A DNA stretch of 64,000 nt from Podarcis cretensis. Its lineage: Eukaryota. The number at the start of each line of letters is the position of its first letter. Within the stretch, counting starts at the first letter, position 1. Below are positions 1-22,723 of this stretch, piece by piece. The stretch lies in contig OX638152.1 of NCBI GenBank assembly GCA_951804945.1, forward strand, positions 35,588,001 to 35,652,000, written 5' to 3'. A program made the translations under genes and the position numbers. The notes beneath the pieces are model-generated. The model was not told where the DNA came from, made no database searches, and saw only the letters and a list, made by a program, of their open reading frames with translations.

Positions 1-2239
1 CTGAACATTTTTAAACTATCGTTGTGAATTATAATATCTGCATATTATAATGAATAAAGGAACAAAGCACATCTGCCTTCCAGCTGGGTTAATGAAATCT
101 GTCTTCCATTAGAAAGCTGCAAGTGTTGAATGACTCAACACTTTAGAAGCTTGCAGTGTTACAACCTTGGCCCAGTTAAGTAAAAATTCTCACAGAACAT
201 TGCAGTATACCTAGAATTTTTAAACTATTTCCTGCTATGTCCAAAAAAAATCCATGAGATGTGCTGGAATGACCCCCATCTCTCTCAAAAGAGAATGTTA
301 AATTAACAAAGCATGTATCTGAAAAGCAAAGGTGAAATCAAATGCCACTTGAGGAGACTTCGCCTGTAAAATACAGCTTTCTCTTCTCCTATGGCCCCCT
401 GATCTGTCCCAGAGGACCTCCAAACCTCTGGAGCAGGTTGGGGGGGCATTTGGGGGGGACTGCAGGGGGCAAGAGAGAAGAAAGTAAGCCCCACCTCATA
501 ATGGGTTGAAGTCTGTTCTGCTTGCACATGGACAGCACTGGTTGCTGCCCAAAGCTATTTTGATCACTTACTAAAGTCTGGCCTGTGTCATGACATTTTG
601 ACAAGTGCCTCACTGGCTGCCCAATAGTTACACTGGAGTGCTTTCATGCTACAATGGAATATTGTCTGGATGCAATCTAACGGTCTCATTGACAGTGAAA
701 TGGGTTGGCCGTGTCCAGCTTGAAACATGAGAACTCTTTCTCTGCTTGTAATCTGGTGAAATGCCTGACCAGACTTGGTTGCAACAGGCTGTTCAAAAGC
801 ATCCTGAGGAAGACAATACATTTTGTAGGTGCAAAATGTAAGGTACATTTTGTAAGAGAGCTGATGCCACAGAAAATCACATTTTCAGAGAATCCTCAGA
901 ATTTTGATAGTTTATCTATGACAGTGGAGCTTGAAAATCATATGCACAAACACTTTTCAGTTAATTGTATTAAATACATTTAGATTTAATTTTGCTTGTA
1001 TGTTGATGTCGACATGTAACAATGAAAAGGCTTTTAGCATGTAAAGACATTCACAGTATATACCAGTGTGTAAATTTTCTGAGCTTTGTCATACTGAACA
1101 ATTTATACCAGTATGTTTTGCTTACATAGAGCATAAAAGCTAATTATGAGCATTTGGGGCAGGGAGACTAGTCTGCAGTAGGGTTATGTGTCATTTGGAA
1201 TATATATATATATGCAGAAATATATTTGGAATATATATATATATGCAGAAAAATTGTGGCATTATGTAGACTAAACAGGATCACAAAACTGTTTTGTCAT
1301 GGGGAAGGAAGAGTAAGTGTTAAAAGTACTCAAATTTACATAACAATCTGGTTCCTTTTCTATCACTGCATCCTTAAAATATGTGTTACATTTATATGAA
1401 CAGCTGTCAAATATGTAAAAGCCTGAGTTAAACTTTAATAAAGTCAAATGCCATCTTTGCATTAGCTGGTTCACTTAATGGTGAGGCTGGTTATGTCAGT
1501 GTGGTGTTTGTTGCAGGATGTCAGACTGAGAACTGGGAGAGGAAACAGGAAGAGCAACTTTTTTCTAGTTCTGCAGCTGCTCTGCTTTCTTGTGAATTAC
1601 CATAATTATAAAAGAGGAAAAGGAAATTGTGATGCACAGCAGCAGAAAGGAAGCTAGTAGTACAACTGGTGAAGGAGAGAATCTGAGAATATGGCCTATT
1701 GGTAATCATAGGTGAGTCAGTAGTTATAAACAAAGTAGGTTATATCCACCTCTGCTGTTCCACTTGTACAACAGACATCCTCCAAAATCTATTCCATTGT
1801 GTTGGCGGACCCTTTGGAAATATTGGGGGCAAGGGAGGAGAGGAAGGTTGAAGCCATGCTATGGAACTCTGCTTGTACAGTACAGCATTGGATACAAGCC
1901 TGCAATCTTGAGAGCACGTGGTCGAACACTGCTCTAAAACGAATAAAGGTTGTATCCAAGCTGCTGTTCCACTCATGCAAGACAGATGCTAAGACAATGG
2001 AACTTTCCGCACCCTTGCAAGCTCTCTGTGGAGCCTCAAAAATTTGCTCCAGATCCACTCCAATTTGTCTTCCAACTCTACAATGTGATTCGAGGAATAA
2101 CGATTACAGTACTCTCCTTTTGTATCTGGCTCCTCTAGCCCAACTCTGGGCAAATATAATCCGATTAAAATACAATTCAATTTTAACAGCGCTTTTAAAT
2201 TACAGGAAGCAGCAGTCTCGTGCATTTAATTTAATTCTA

Positions 2240-3230
2240 ACGGGGAGTGTGCTTAGCGCACTTCGCTTCGCTGCTCCCAAATTGCGAGCGCTTTCCGCTC
2301 GTCACGTTGCTTCCTAGTGACCTGACGGCGTCGAAGAGACCCCGCCCCAGATTCTCCCAGAAAACCAACCCGCCCCAGGCCCTTGCCCGGGAGGAGCAAA
2401 GCAACGCAGCGAGCAGGGTGCGAAAGAACCGCAGCAAGCCAGGCGACAGAGGCAGGAGACAGGCGCCGAGGCCAGACCGCAGTGCGGGGAGTGCACCGCC
2501 CCGCACAGCGAGGATGCAGCAAAGATAAGAGACGCTGCTGCTCGCCAGATGCCAGTCTCCCTGCGCGCGCACAGGAGCCGAGGCAAGGCGGGCAGGTGTC
2601 CAACGCGCCGAGCCAGCGAAAGGAACCTCGCCGCCCGCCGCGGTCGGGGCTGGGCGGACGACTTTCCTCCAGGGCGCGAGGAGGGGAGCGCGTCGCTATC
2701 TGCAAGCGACCCCCGCGAAGTAGCGGGCGGAGGCGGCGCCGGCGCTTCGTGAGGAATTCCCCTTTCCGCGGTGGTCTCGCCCGCCGAACCCTCCTCCGAG
2801 CGGAGGGCAGCCAATGGGCAGCTGCTGAGCACCCGAAAGAGGAGGTGGGCGACGCGGGAGGGGAGGCTTCCCTGGCAGTCGCCTCCCGTCGCTCAGGAGG
2901 GTCGGAGGGGCAGGGTCGCCGCGAGGCACGAGGGCCCTGGTGAGTGGGGATGTGGGGGGGGGGGGGTGTCGCGAAGGACTCAGACCTGCTGTAACCCCGA
3001 AGCCCCTCTTGCTCGGGGCTCTTTATTTCACGAGGGAAGAGCGCTCTACGTATGCTCTCCGAGGGGTTCCTTCGCTTGCTAAGGAGGGTCGGTTTCTGCT
3101 CGCTGACTGAGCTTGGAGGGGAAGGTAGTCCCTGCATGGGTCCAGCGTCGGTGTAACATATTCGGCCCAGCGGCGCGGGAAGAGAAGGAAGCACTTTATC
3201 ACTTCGGGCGGGACCGTTAGTCGGGCTGCA
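2240..3230 (+). promoter_or_regulatory. NXPE3: CpG island: NXPE3 promoter and non-coding first exon (donor CTG|GTGAGT after 2939)
   Basis: GC/CpG-rich block upstream of the NXPE3 coding exons; GC boxes, CCAAT at 2811, kB-type GGAATTCCCC at 2753-2762, consensus donor GT at 2940-2941. Confidence 0.8.
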
Positions 3231-3566
3231 GCGTTAGGATTTCTTGAAAGCTTTATAGCCCTATCCCAAGGTGTCAGCTTTATATAGCAAATAGATCATC
3301 CCTTTTTTTTTTTTTTACCCTCACGTCATTCCTGCAAGATAGTGCTTCCCTCCCCCTCCCTTGTTATTGTCTTACTGACATTTCTAGATAACATCTAAAA
3401 TAGTAGGAACTTGCAATGCATTAAAATGAAGAAGGAAAGGAATTGATGCAATGACTTGGCTAAAGCTTCATGGCTGAGCTGGGATTTGAATCTGATAACT
3501 GAAGGTTGAGCAATATATATGGCTGCAGGTTCTTTCTTTCCCCTGAGTTCACCTTTTCTGTTTTAG

Positions 3567-3819
3567 ATCTTGTTGACGTGCGAAGGATTTTTTGTACAGC
3601 TTCTGGAATTTGATCTGTTCCTTCAAAAGTTATTGAATGGTCTAGGGCACCTTCCGTGGCAATCTCTTATTGGATCCACTCACACCTTTCTGTTTTGCCC
3701 TTTCATGTAGGCCTTTTGGGGGCTCTGAACTTGTGGTCCTGGGGTCTTTAGCTCTTCCTCTGTGCTACCCCCTCCTAGCAGCTGTAACCCATAAGGCTGT
3801 GGTGGTGGGGATACAGAGG
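3567..3819 (+). other. NXPE3: candidate NXPE3 5'-UTR exon
   Basis: acceptor ccttttctgttttag at 3552-3566 and donor GG|GTATGT at 3820; no transcript evidence. Confidence 0.3.
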
Positions 3820-3959
3820 GTATGTGTATCCTTGTTGCAGACCATGTTTTTTGAATGTCCCCAGGTGGATACACAAAGATTGTAAAGAGGATTCTAAAGG
3901 TTTGGGGGCTGTACTACTCTTCATTTTATATCAAATTCTTCTGTAGCTAAATTCTGGCT

Positions 3960-5010
3960 AAGGAAGACCCTGAGAGAATCTTCCTGGATCTAGCCCAGCA
4001 TCTCTTTCCCACAGCTGTCACTCAGATGCCTATGAGAGGCTCACCAAGCAGAGTATGAGGGCAATAGCTGTCTTCCCACAGCAATTACGTAGTATTCAAA
4101 GCTATGGTGTCTCTGGTGCTAGAGGTAGTAAAAAAACAAAGGTGGTAAAGGACCCCTGGATGGTTAAGTCCAGTCGAAGGCGACTATGGGGTGTGGCTTT
4201 CAGGCTGAGGGAGCTGGCGTTTGTCCACAGACAGCTTTTCGGGTCATGTGGCCAGCCTGACTAAACTTCTTCTGGCACAACTGGACACAGTGATGAGTGC
4301 CAGAGCGCACAGAAACGATGTTTACCTTCCTGCTGCAGCGGTACCTATTTACTTGCACTGGTGTGCTTTCAAACTGCTAGGTTGGCAGGAGCTGGGACTG
4401 AGCAATGGGAGCTCATCCCGTCGCGGGGATTCAAACTACCAACCTCCTGATCAGCAAGCCCAAGAGGCTCAGTAGTTTAGACCACAGCGCCACCCATGTG
4501 GAGGTAGGATAGCTATGATGGTGAGGAGTTGCTGATAGCTTTCATGAGTTTGTCCAGCCCCATTTAAAACCACCTAAACTAGGGGCCATCACCAGATCTT
4601 GTGGTAGTGAATGGTATAATTGTGTGTGTGCTTCAGTACTTCATGTTGGCTGTCCTGAATCCCTCACTTTTCAGCTTCATTGGATGATCCCAGATTCTAG
4701 TATTATAAGAAAGGGAGAAAACCTCATGTTTATCCACTATCTCCATACCTTGAGTAATTTTCTACACCTTTATTATGACCCTTTACCCACTCGCTCTACT
4801 CCCTTATCAGTTTGGCTGCATTTTTTAAAATTCTGCAATATCTCTTTTTTTGAAATACAGCAACCAGAACTGTAAATGGTATTCCAAGTGTGGTCACACC
4901 ATAGATTTGGATAAAGGCATTATGATATTTGCAGTTCTGTTTTTGATCCCTTTGCTAATGATCTCTTACAGGGAAATTCCGTTTTTCATAGCTGGCACAT
5001 ACTGTCTTTG
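3960..5010 (-). mobile_element. old CR1 LINE 3' fragment interrupted by a Sauria SINE
   Basis: ctggatctagcccagcatc... 3'-UTR motif and caagtgtggtcacaccatagatttg ORF2 remnant typical of squamate CR1. Confidence 0.6.
4138..4498 (-). mobile_element. Sauria SINE
   Basis: aaaggt..taaaggacccctggatggttaagtccagtc ... gcggtacctatttacttgcac ... tttagaccacagcgccacc; flanked by gaggtag repeats. Confidence 0.85.
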
Positions 5011-6198
5011 CATGTCATGGTAAGCCATAGTTTATGGCTTACGGTGATTGAATAGAACCTATGATGAAGAACCTATAGTATCTGAGTAAGAATAGTAAAG
5101 CATGTGGGGTCCAGCTATGGCATCATTTGAACTTGTTTTCACAAACCTGCTGGCCTGGGTAGATTTGGCCACCCCTTTTTACACTGGATATTGCAAATTC
5201 TGACTAGAATCTGTAGCTTTGGGGTTCACTGAAGAGTTGTTGTTTTTTCCTGCTAGCAGATCCTAATTATTTATTTCTACTCCAAATTAGGAACTGCATT
5301 TAGATAGAGCTCTTAGAATGCTATATCCCAAGAGAAGGTCTGAGGACCCCACTCCAAACTCTTTATATGGGGCTCTTTCTAGCTTCAGCCTCGTTCTTCA
5401 GACTGCTAATTTAACTGGCATTTTAGGCATGCAGAGTTGTTATTGAACATGCAGAACTATCCCATTTGGATTCCCACAGAGTTAAAGGCATCCAAAACTA
5501 TAGGCAATTCAGAAAAGAAACCCGCTGAAAAGATTGTTTTTAAATTCTCTCTGCCAGTTCTGTACTGATGGTAGTTTGCTGGTTGGAACTTAGAAAGTTA
5601 CTAAGGGTTGTATCCATTGGATCCATGGAAATTTATGAACCTAAGTAGTCAGTGGAATTACTCCATGGAGTAGCCATAAGGCAGTATCTGTATGTGGTTC
5701 TCAGTATTCACACACAACTAGATCAGAACAGTGGTAGAATATGAAAATCCACATACAGTTACTAGCCTAGACTACGTCCAAGGGGACATAGCAAGTTGGA
5801 GGTTTCTGAATCCGCCTCCAAGGAAAAGTCTTGGCTTCTCCCCCCCCCCCCTCAAACAAGCACTTTGAGAATTGGAATTTTGCTTTGAGACTTGAGGCCT
5901 TTGAGGGTGGAGTGTTTAGTATCACTTGCTAATTTGAAACCCACCCATGGGAAAGTTAGGTTTACTGATTGGCTCCAAATCTGGGGTTCACAAACTGTGG
6001 CTGGCAGTTAGATGCTCCCGGCTACTTGTGATTTGTAAAAATGCAATTAAAAACAACAGAACATCTAACACAGTGCATTACAATTGCTACAACAGGCAGA
6101 AGAAAAAAAGTAAGTGAGCCGTCCTCATAAATGTTCATGTGGGGCGCAGGCTGTTTGTATGTGGAGACCACTGCTCTAAATAAACCAGACATGTTTTA

Positions 6199-7194
6199 TT
6201 TATTTTTTTATTTTTTTTATAATATTTATTAAATTTTAGTTTAACAATAAAATACATAGATAATAACACAATCTTTTCCAATATCCACATTTCATATTCA
6301 TCTTTGGACTTCCTCACAGCCCTTGTTCCTGCTTTCTAAACTCATAAATTTTACCAGCAAATTATTAACTTGGTTTAATTCATATAATATAATTTTCCAA
6401 TATTAATATCTCAAATTTTGGGATTTAACATACTCTTATTGAAACTTAATCATAAAATGTTACTTATCCAAAATTTATCTTTTCGTCTTCCAATTAAATT
6501 TAAATTTATATTCTTTATACCTAGTTTGTTGAAGCTATGTTTTTGCTAATCTTACATCTTTCTTAACATTCATACAATTTACAATGTTTTTGTAGATAGT
6601 CCTTAAATTTCTTCCAGTCTTCCTCCACCAGTTCTTCTCCCAGGTCTTGGATTCTGCCAGTCATCTCCGCCAATTCCATATAGTCTATCAGTTGCATCTG
6701 CCATTCTTCCAGTGTGGGTAATTCTTTAGTTTTCCAGCTTTTAGCGATGAGTATCCTTGCTGCTGTTGTAGCATACATAAAAAAGATTCGATCCTTCTTT
6801 TGCACACTCTGACCAACAATGCCTAAGAGAAAGGCCTCTGGTTTCTTAAGGAAGATATACTTAAATACCTTTTTCAGTTCATTATAAATCATTTCCCAGA
6901 AAACCTTCACTCTAGGGCAAGTCTGTCCTGTGCCCATTTTATCATTGCTGATTTAACCGTTTCATCCTGTGTATTCCATTTTAACAGCAAGTTATACAGT
7001 CTTGAAAGTATCTTAGAGCTGGGTTCTAACAGTTCTGTTTCTAGCTTTGATTTTTCCACCTGGAATCCTATCTTTTTGTCCAACTTAAAAACTTCTTTAA
7101 TCTGAGCATAATGTAGCCAATCTCGCACTTTGTCTTTTATTTTCTCCATACTCTGCAACCTCCAGTTATCTCCATCTTTTTCTATTATTTCCCA
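6199..7194 (-). mobile_element. 5'-truncated L1 LINE (ORF2 C-terminus, 3' UTR, A-rich tail)
   Basis: ORFs 6563..6937 and 6907..7257 resemble L1 ORF2 C-terminus (TCPRVKVFWEMI..AARILIAKSWK..W); 13-bp TSD cagacatgtttta at 6186-6198 and 7195-7207. Confidence 0.9.
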
Positions 7195-7965
7195 CAGACA
7201 TGTTTTAAAGGGTGGGGGCAGAAGAGGGAGCATGTTCCAATAAAAGGGTTTTGCCACAGTGAAAACCCTATCTGCCTCTCGATGATAGTAGAAAGTAGGT
7301 CATGTTGTCTGAGTGCAGGAGGTCCCTGTGGAAAGATTCCACTAAGTGGTGTTTAATACAGACTGGCCTTGCACTATTTGACATAAATCTTAAGCAAGGC
7401 ATTATGTGTTTTGCAGGAGGGAAGAAGAGGAAAGCCAGCTGCAGATGGAACAAATAGCACCTGTAGTGTCGTGCTGCTCCTGGCTACCTTTGTTTTTATT
7501 CTTGCACAGCAGTCTGAACACATCTCTATAACCAAGAGTGCCTGGATCTGAAATGACCACCCTTCTTGGACCTTGCAGCTTGTTTATTCATACAAATAAA
7601 ACAGTAGGATTCCCCCTTTTACTCTTATTAATCTATTCTCAAGCATGTGTTCCCCCTTATAATGTGGAGTCATCTTTCAGAATTTCATATGATCTCTGTA
7701 ATCCCTTTATATAATCTGTGCAATGATTAACACGTGGTCTCTGCACTGCAGGAGCACGGATTATTTTTAAATATGTATCTGTGTGGCCATGTTCTGCTTC
7801 ATAGCATTAATTTTGTAAGTGCTTACTGTGTTATTAGGATTCGCTAGCTAATTAGAATTCATTCTCTTACATAATGGAGTGAAGTGAAAGCACATTAACA
7901 GAAACCCATCCTTACTGGAATAGTTCACAAAATGCAGCTTGTTTCATAATGTGTCCCTGGAATAG

Positions 7966-8125
7966 TTTTCTGGAGCATAAACAGGAATAATTGAATCAAT
8001 TTACAAGACCCTGAAAGAAGGCAAAGGTCAATGGAAGCAGCAGCCTTCAGATGATCGTTGTTAAATATTCAGTGCCGTATAATGCAAGCACCAGCCGAGT
8101 CTTAAAACTGCAGAGTTTATTCAGA
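7966..8125 (+). other. NXPE3: candidate NXPE3 5'-UTR exon
   Basis: strong donor AGA|GTAAGT at 8126, weaker acceptor AG at 7964-7965; no transcript evidence. Confidence 0.3.
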
Positions 8126-9115
8126 GTAAGTCTCTCTGTCTTTTAATTTGTTTATTTCAGTGTATTCTTAAATATAATTTCACAACCATCTTCCACTGAG
8201 TAGATTCTATATTGCCCAGCTAGCAATATATTGTATGTGTTGGGCTGCATTGCCAATTGTGGTGTTCAGAAAGAACCGAAAGAGGAAAAAGAATAATTCA
8301 GTTTCCTAAATTAAATCTAGGATCTTGAAATTCATGTAGCTTTCTTAAAACAGGAGATTTCAAAGTGATGCTGAAAGGCTAAGAATTACGTGCTGTTGGC
8401 CATCCATTAGCTGAACTGTGCTGAAGTTCTAGAATGCTCACAGATATTCTAACTGCTCTGGCAAACACAGCAATTAGTTTATTGCCTGTTTAGCTACAGA
8501 AAGGGAAGTGAAATGTTAGTTTGAGTCGTAACACATCTTCACATAGGGCTTAAGGACAAGAGAAGCTATCAGCAGGGAGATGGAAAAGAAGAAATGGGGA
8601 TGTCAGGCAGTTGGGAAGTGCAGGGAAGAAGGATGAGAAGAAGGCTGAGGTGTAGAGGGAGCTTGAAATAATAGGCATTGGGCTGAGGGAAAACTATGAA
8701 AAGAGTGAAGAAAAGGAGGAAATAAAAATAGGTCTTCTGGTATTATGTCCGTATACTGTAAACCACTTGCTGAATTAGCGGCTTTCTAGAGAAGAAATAT
8801 CCCACCTCTGTCATGGACAAAGGCACCATAGGGTAGAATGGAGAGGCCCTTAATCTGGTAGTGTTCTCAGGACGGCTGGACTCTGAAAAAATCCATTCAG
8901 GTAAATTAATTAATTTCACTGGGGATTGGTTACAAATTCTGGTGCAAGACTTATTATCTGTTTCTTTTACTATTGGTGTAGCCAAAAGCAACATTGAAAA
9001 GGTATCTTTAATGCTAAACAGCCGTTCTGCCTCAGCTGAGATATAATGAGGATTTTCCATGCCATTATCTGTTTTTCTTTCCGGTTCCCTTTTTAAAAAA
9101 ATAATTGCTTGATTT

Positions 9116-9367
9116 AGAGAGCCAGTGTGGTGTAGTGGTTAAGAGTGGTGCACTCGTAATCTGGTGAACCGGGTTTGCTTCCCCGCTCCTCCACATGCAG
9201 CTTGTTGGGTGACCTTGGGCCAGTCACACTTCTCTGAAGTCTCTCAGCCCCACTCACCTCACAGAGTGTTTGTTGTGGGAGAGGAAGGGAAAGGAGAATG
9301 TTAGCCGCTTTGAGACTCCTTCGGGTAGTGATAAAGCAGGATATCAAATCCAAACTCTTCTTCTTCA
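9116..9367 (+). mobile_element. tRNA-derived SINE (Squam3-like) with (TTC)n tail
   Basis: A box tggtgtagtggtt, B-box-like gggtttgcttccc, about 250 nt, (TTC)n end. Confidence 0.8.
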
Positions 9368-9601
9368 TCTTATGCTTCTAACACTCCTGAATGTCATGTG
9401 GGAAACCCATTTTTTATTACTTTAGATGTATTTTAAGATCTAACTGGAAGCTTTTAAAAATGCATTTGCAGGAAGAGGAAATGCAGCGGAAGCCTCCGGA
9501 TGAGATTTCCTGTGTAACACTGAGTAACAATGACACTGGCGCCTGTGGGATATGGGCAACATGGCAGCATCTTACGTGGGTGAGAGAGAGATGAAGGGAT
9601 C

Positions 9602-19167
<9,566 letters not shown>

Positions 19168-19555
19168 TTCACTTACGGACACGTTCTGCACTAGTTGTTT
19201 GTTGCTGATTTCGGGTGCCCCTAACCTGCATCTGATTCTCCAAGCCTGCACTGTAGCATACATAATTCATACTTGGAATGTCTGGGGACTGGTTGTTTTA
19301 ATTTTTAAAAAAGTAAGACTATATGTGTGGATACCTCTTTACAATGCACACCTGAGAATGAAGGTGTCCACAGCTCCACTTGCCATTCTCACTACAATAA
19401 ATGTTCTGCCACCATCTGGTAAGATAATGAAAGTATTCGCAGCAGCAGCAGCAGCCGCCTCCTTCAGCTTGGAGCTAGGGAGAGAGGCCACAGCACAATG
19501 CCAGAGCACATGTTCGAGATACTGAAAATTCCAGGTTCAGTTGTCAACATTTTCA

Positions 19556-19911
19556 TAATAATAATAATAATAATAATTTATTATTTATACCCCGCCCATC
19601 TAGCTGGGCTTCCCCAGCCACTCTGGGCGGCTTCCAAAAAAATACTAAAACACTGCAATACATCAAACATTAAAAGTTTCCCTAAACAGAGCTGCCTTCA
19701 GATGTCTTCTAAAAGTCTGGTAGTTGTTGTTCTCTTTGACATCTGGTGGGAGGGCATTCCACAGCGAGGGCGCCACTACCGAGAAGGCCCTCTGCGTGGT
19801 TCCCTGTAACTTGGCTTCTCACAGTGAGGGAACTGCCAGAAGGCCCTCGGTGCTGGACCTCAGTGTCCGGGTAAAACGATGGGGGTGGAGACGCTCCTTC
19901 AGATATACTGG
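19556..19911 (-). mobile_element. L2-clade LINE 3' end with (AAT)n tail, in or near the NXPE3 3' UTR
   Basis: (aat)n-ttattatttataccccgcccatct..; reverse complement of the copy at ~26850-27180. Confidence 0.75.
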
Positions 19912-20012
19912 TTAAAAGAATGCCGTGAATGTCTAGCTTGTGGGTCTCCCTGTATTACTATTGTTATAAATTTATTCATACCCCTGATGGGACTCAAGGC
20001 AACGTACAGGTA

Positions 20013-20304
20013 CAGTGGTGCCCCGCAAGACGAATGCCTCGCAAGACGGAAAACTCGCTAAACGAAAGAGTTTTCCGTTTTGGAGGTGCTTCGCAAAACA
20101 AATTTCCTATGGGCTTGCTTCGCAAGACAAAAATGTCTTGCGAGTTCCTGCGGTTTTTCCCCCCTCCCCCCCTTTTTCTAAGCCGCTAAACCGCTAATAG
20201 CGCTAATCCGCTAAGCCGTCAATGGGCTTGCTTCGCAAGACGAAAAAACCGTTAGACGAAGAGACTCACGGAACGGATTCTTTTCGTCTTGCGAGGCACC
20301 ACTG
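20013..20304. mobile_element. Tc1/mariner MITE with internal cgcaagacg repeats
   Basis: TIRs cagtggtgcc / ggcaccactg, TA TSD; CpG-rich, so probably young. Confidence 0.85.
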
Positions 20305-20884
20305 TATATATATATATGGACCTGCTAAAAACAGGAAAACAACAAACTGTTTGGCCACTGTGAGAACAGGGTGATGAACTAAATGGCCATTTGGCTAGCT
20401 CCAGCAGAGTTTTTCTCATGTAGCAGAGCTGGAAGAAAACCTTTCCTGAGACCTTAAGAGAGAACTGCTTCAAGTCCCACAATACTGCCCTAGATAGATT
20501 GTTTGATTTAGGCTATGTACACAGGCAGCCTCTGAAATGTGCAGGAGTTGTTTTTCCAGTGTACACACCTATGCACAATAACAGCATCTAAACCAGCAGC
20601 TACTACGAGGGATGTCTGTACACACAGGTGGGCTTATTTTCAAACTAGTACACAATAGTGTTCTCCATTGCCTTCCATTCAGTTAGTGGTTCCGCTGAGT
20701 TTTTGCAAAACAATATATATATATATATTGCAATCTTTCCAAAGAGAGGGTCTCTTTCCAAAGAGAGAGCCCAGCAGAATGGGCTTTAATTGGACAAATA
20801 GTGTGGAGCAGGGACAACATGGGGTGATGTCATTTGTCCAGCACTCCCCAAAGGTGCTTACATCCTGCACTGAATGCACAACAT

Positions 20885-21185
20885 ACATAGGAAGAGGCCC
20901 ATCTAGTCCAGCATCCTGTTCTCTCAGAGGATGAACAGTTGCTTGTGGGAAACTAGCAAGCAGAATATGAGCACAAGAGCATTCTCTCCTCCAGTGGGTT
21001 CCAGCAACTGACATTCAGAAGTGGTACTTGCCTCCAACTGCGAAGGCAGAGCATAGCAATTGCGACTAGTAGACATTGATAGCCTTACCCTCATGAATTT
21101 GTATAATCCATCTAAGTTGGTGGCCGCCACTACCCCCTGCAAGATTGAGTTCCATAGTTGAACTCTGCGTGGCATGAAGAAGTGT
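20885..21185 (-). mobile_element. CR1 LINE 3' fragment
   Basis: ccatctagtccagcatcctgttctc motif; same family at ~29330-29460, 32322-32600, 44165-44420 and 49475-49600. Confidence 0.7.
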
Positions 21186-22723
21186 GTGCATGCCCTTAAT
21201 GCACATTTACATCCATATTTGCTAGCTCTGCTGCTTGAAATTCTTTTAACTGGAGATGCTGGGGATTGAACCTGAAGACAATTATTTCCAAAAAATAATC
21301 ATAATTGAAATATGAAAAAAGGGAGGAACTAAATCCAAATTAACTGAATACTAATGAAAGTTTTACAAAAGAAAAGAATTACCAAAACATTTGTAAATCT
21401 AAAAGAAGAAAAGTAACCATTTTCCCGGTGCACACCCCTACCACCCCATCTCTTTATCTCCCCCTGTTTTGGTGCCCAAGACATCTGCATGCAGGACACC
21501 CACTTTACTAATAGTTGGAGTGTTTTAATAAATTAAACATTTTGTATGGCTCGGTGGCTACCTCCTGAGTTATTCGATACTTTCCAAGGGAAAAATCTAA
21601 ATGTCACCTACACTGGTATAAGTTTTAAGATCTTAAGACTGATTTGCTTTCTTTGTGAACTGCATGCTTTCAGGGGGCTTTTTGGTAGGTGACATCTGAA
21701 CTGCAGGTAGCAAAAAATGATGCTTGAGATCGCAACAAACAAGTCTGAAATGTCATTGATTCCTGATTTTTTTCCTTTTTAAATAAAAGTCTAAGAGCTG
21801 TTTTGAAGACAAACTTGCTATTTAACATTTTGTTTCACTTCAGTGATGTGCCTGGGTACAGAAGGCAGACTTGACATGGTCCTCACCTAGAGGGGACTTG
21901 TAGATTACAGTAGATGGAACAAGACATGGATTTGGATGAAGCCAAAGATGTATTGGCAATAGGCCAGGGGAAAGATGGAGGGGCAGGAAAGTAAAGCTGG
22001 TTTGAGTAAGGGGTGGGATGGTTCAAGGGAACCTGTCTTGCAGGAGATAGAGGTTTGATCAGAAGAAGGCACGGCATCAGGCAGACGAGATGGGAAGGAG
22101 GCTAAAAGACATTTGGGAAACAAGCATGTCTACCAGTTGTCTAAGCTCCTGCAAGCCCACAAAGAATGTACAGAAATTATCCAGTCGTTTAAAAACTGTT
22201 GCGTGTAAAGTAGGCCCAGAACATCTTACCCACTGAACCATAAAGAAACTGAATTTCAAGTTTTGTTTACTCTGAACCTGTTTCTGTTGATATCAAAGAA
22301 GTCTACACCAATACCTGTGATTAAACTATTTCTCTATCCACAATCCCTTCTCATGTGTATGTTTGGTGCTGTTACTGTGACAGCTTTTTAAAATCACCAA
22401 ATCTATCGCCACGTCTTTCTTTTCATGGCCAGCTGAAAGGATGGCAGTATATTTGACTATAAAGAAGGGAAGGACTTGACTGTTGGATTTGTCACCTTTG
22501 ATGTTTCTGTTGTTGTTCGTTCTACTTCTGATACTGACAAGTGGCATCTATTTACAATTTCCCAACATTTCATCTCACACTCTGACTAACAGTTTCAAGC
22601 ATCCACATAGGCTAGTGTTTGGACCAAGACTTTACTACTACAGTACAAGTAAAATGCAACTGCATGGCTAGGCATCTAGGAAACTTGGGACATGATTAAC
22701 TGTTTACTATGACACCTTCCAAT

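Noticed and set aside
1-2200. Possible CEP97 3' end (expected upstream by mammalian synteny) and ORFs 705..983, 1799..2317
   Set aside because: No recognisable CEP97 peptide or exon structure; may be 3' UTR or intergenic; the ORFs overlap decayed MITE-like repeats
2237-3194. Long overlapping ORFs (up to 313 aa) on both strands
   Set aside because: Low-complexity Arg/Pro/Gly/Ala frames expected from a stop-poor CpG island; the same applies at 35.2-35.8 kb and 56.6-57.9 kb
9120-9190. tRNA-like sequence
   Set aside because: It is the tRNA-derived head of a SINE, not a complete cloverleaf gene
20013-20304. Regularly recurring cgcaagacg repeats resembling a repeat-spacer array
   Set aside because: Subterminal repeats of a TA-flanked MITE in a eukaryote; not CRISPR
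21830-22382. Possible solo LTR (ends gtgaca, ATTAAA near 22320)
   Set aside because: No matching 5' terminus or TSD could be identified
22483-22671. ORF with a hydrophobic, signal-anchor-like start
   Set aside because: Short, TTG start, no supporting splice structure or homology; T-rich DNA gives such peptides by chance
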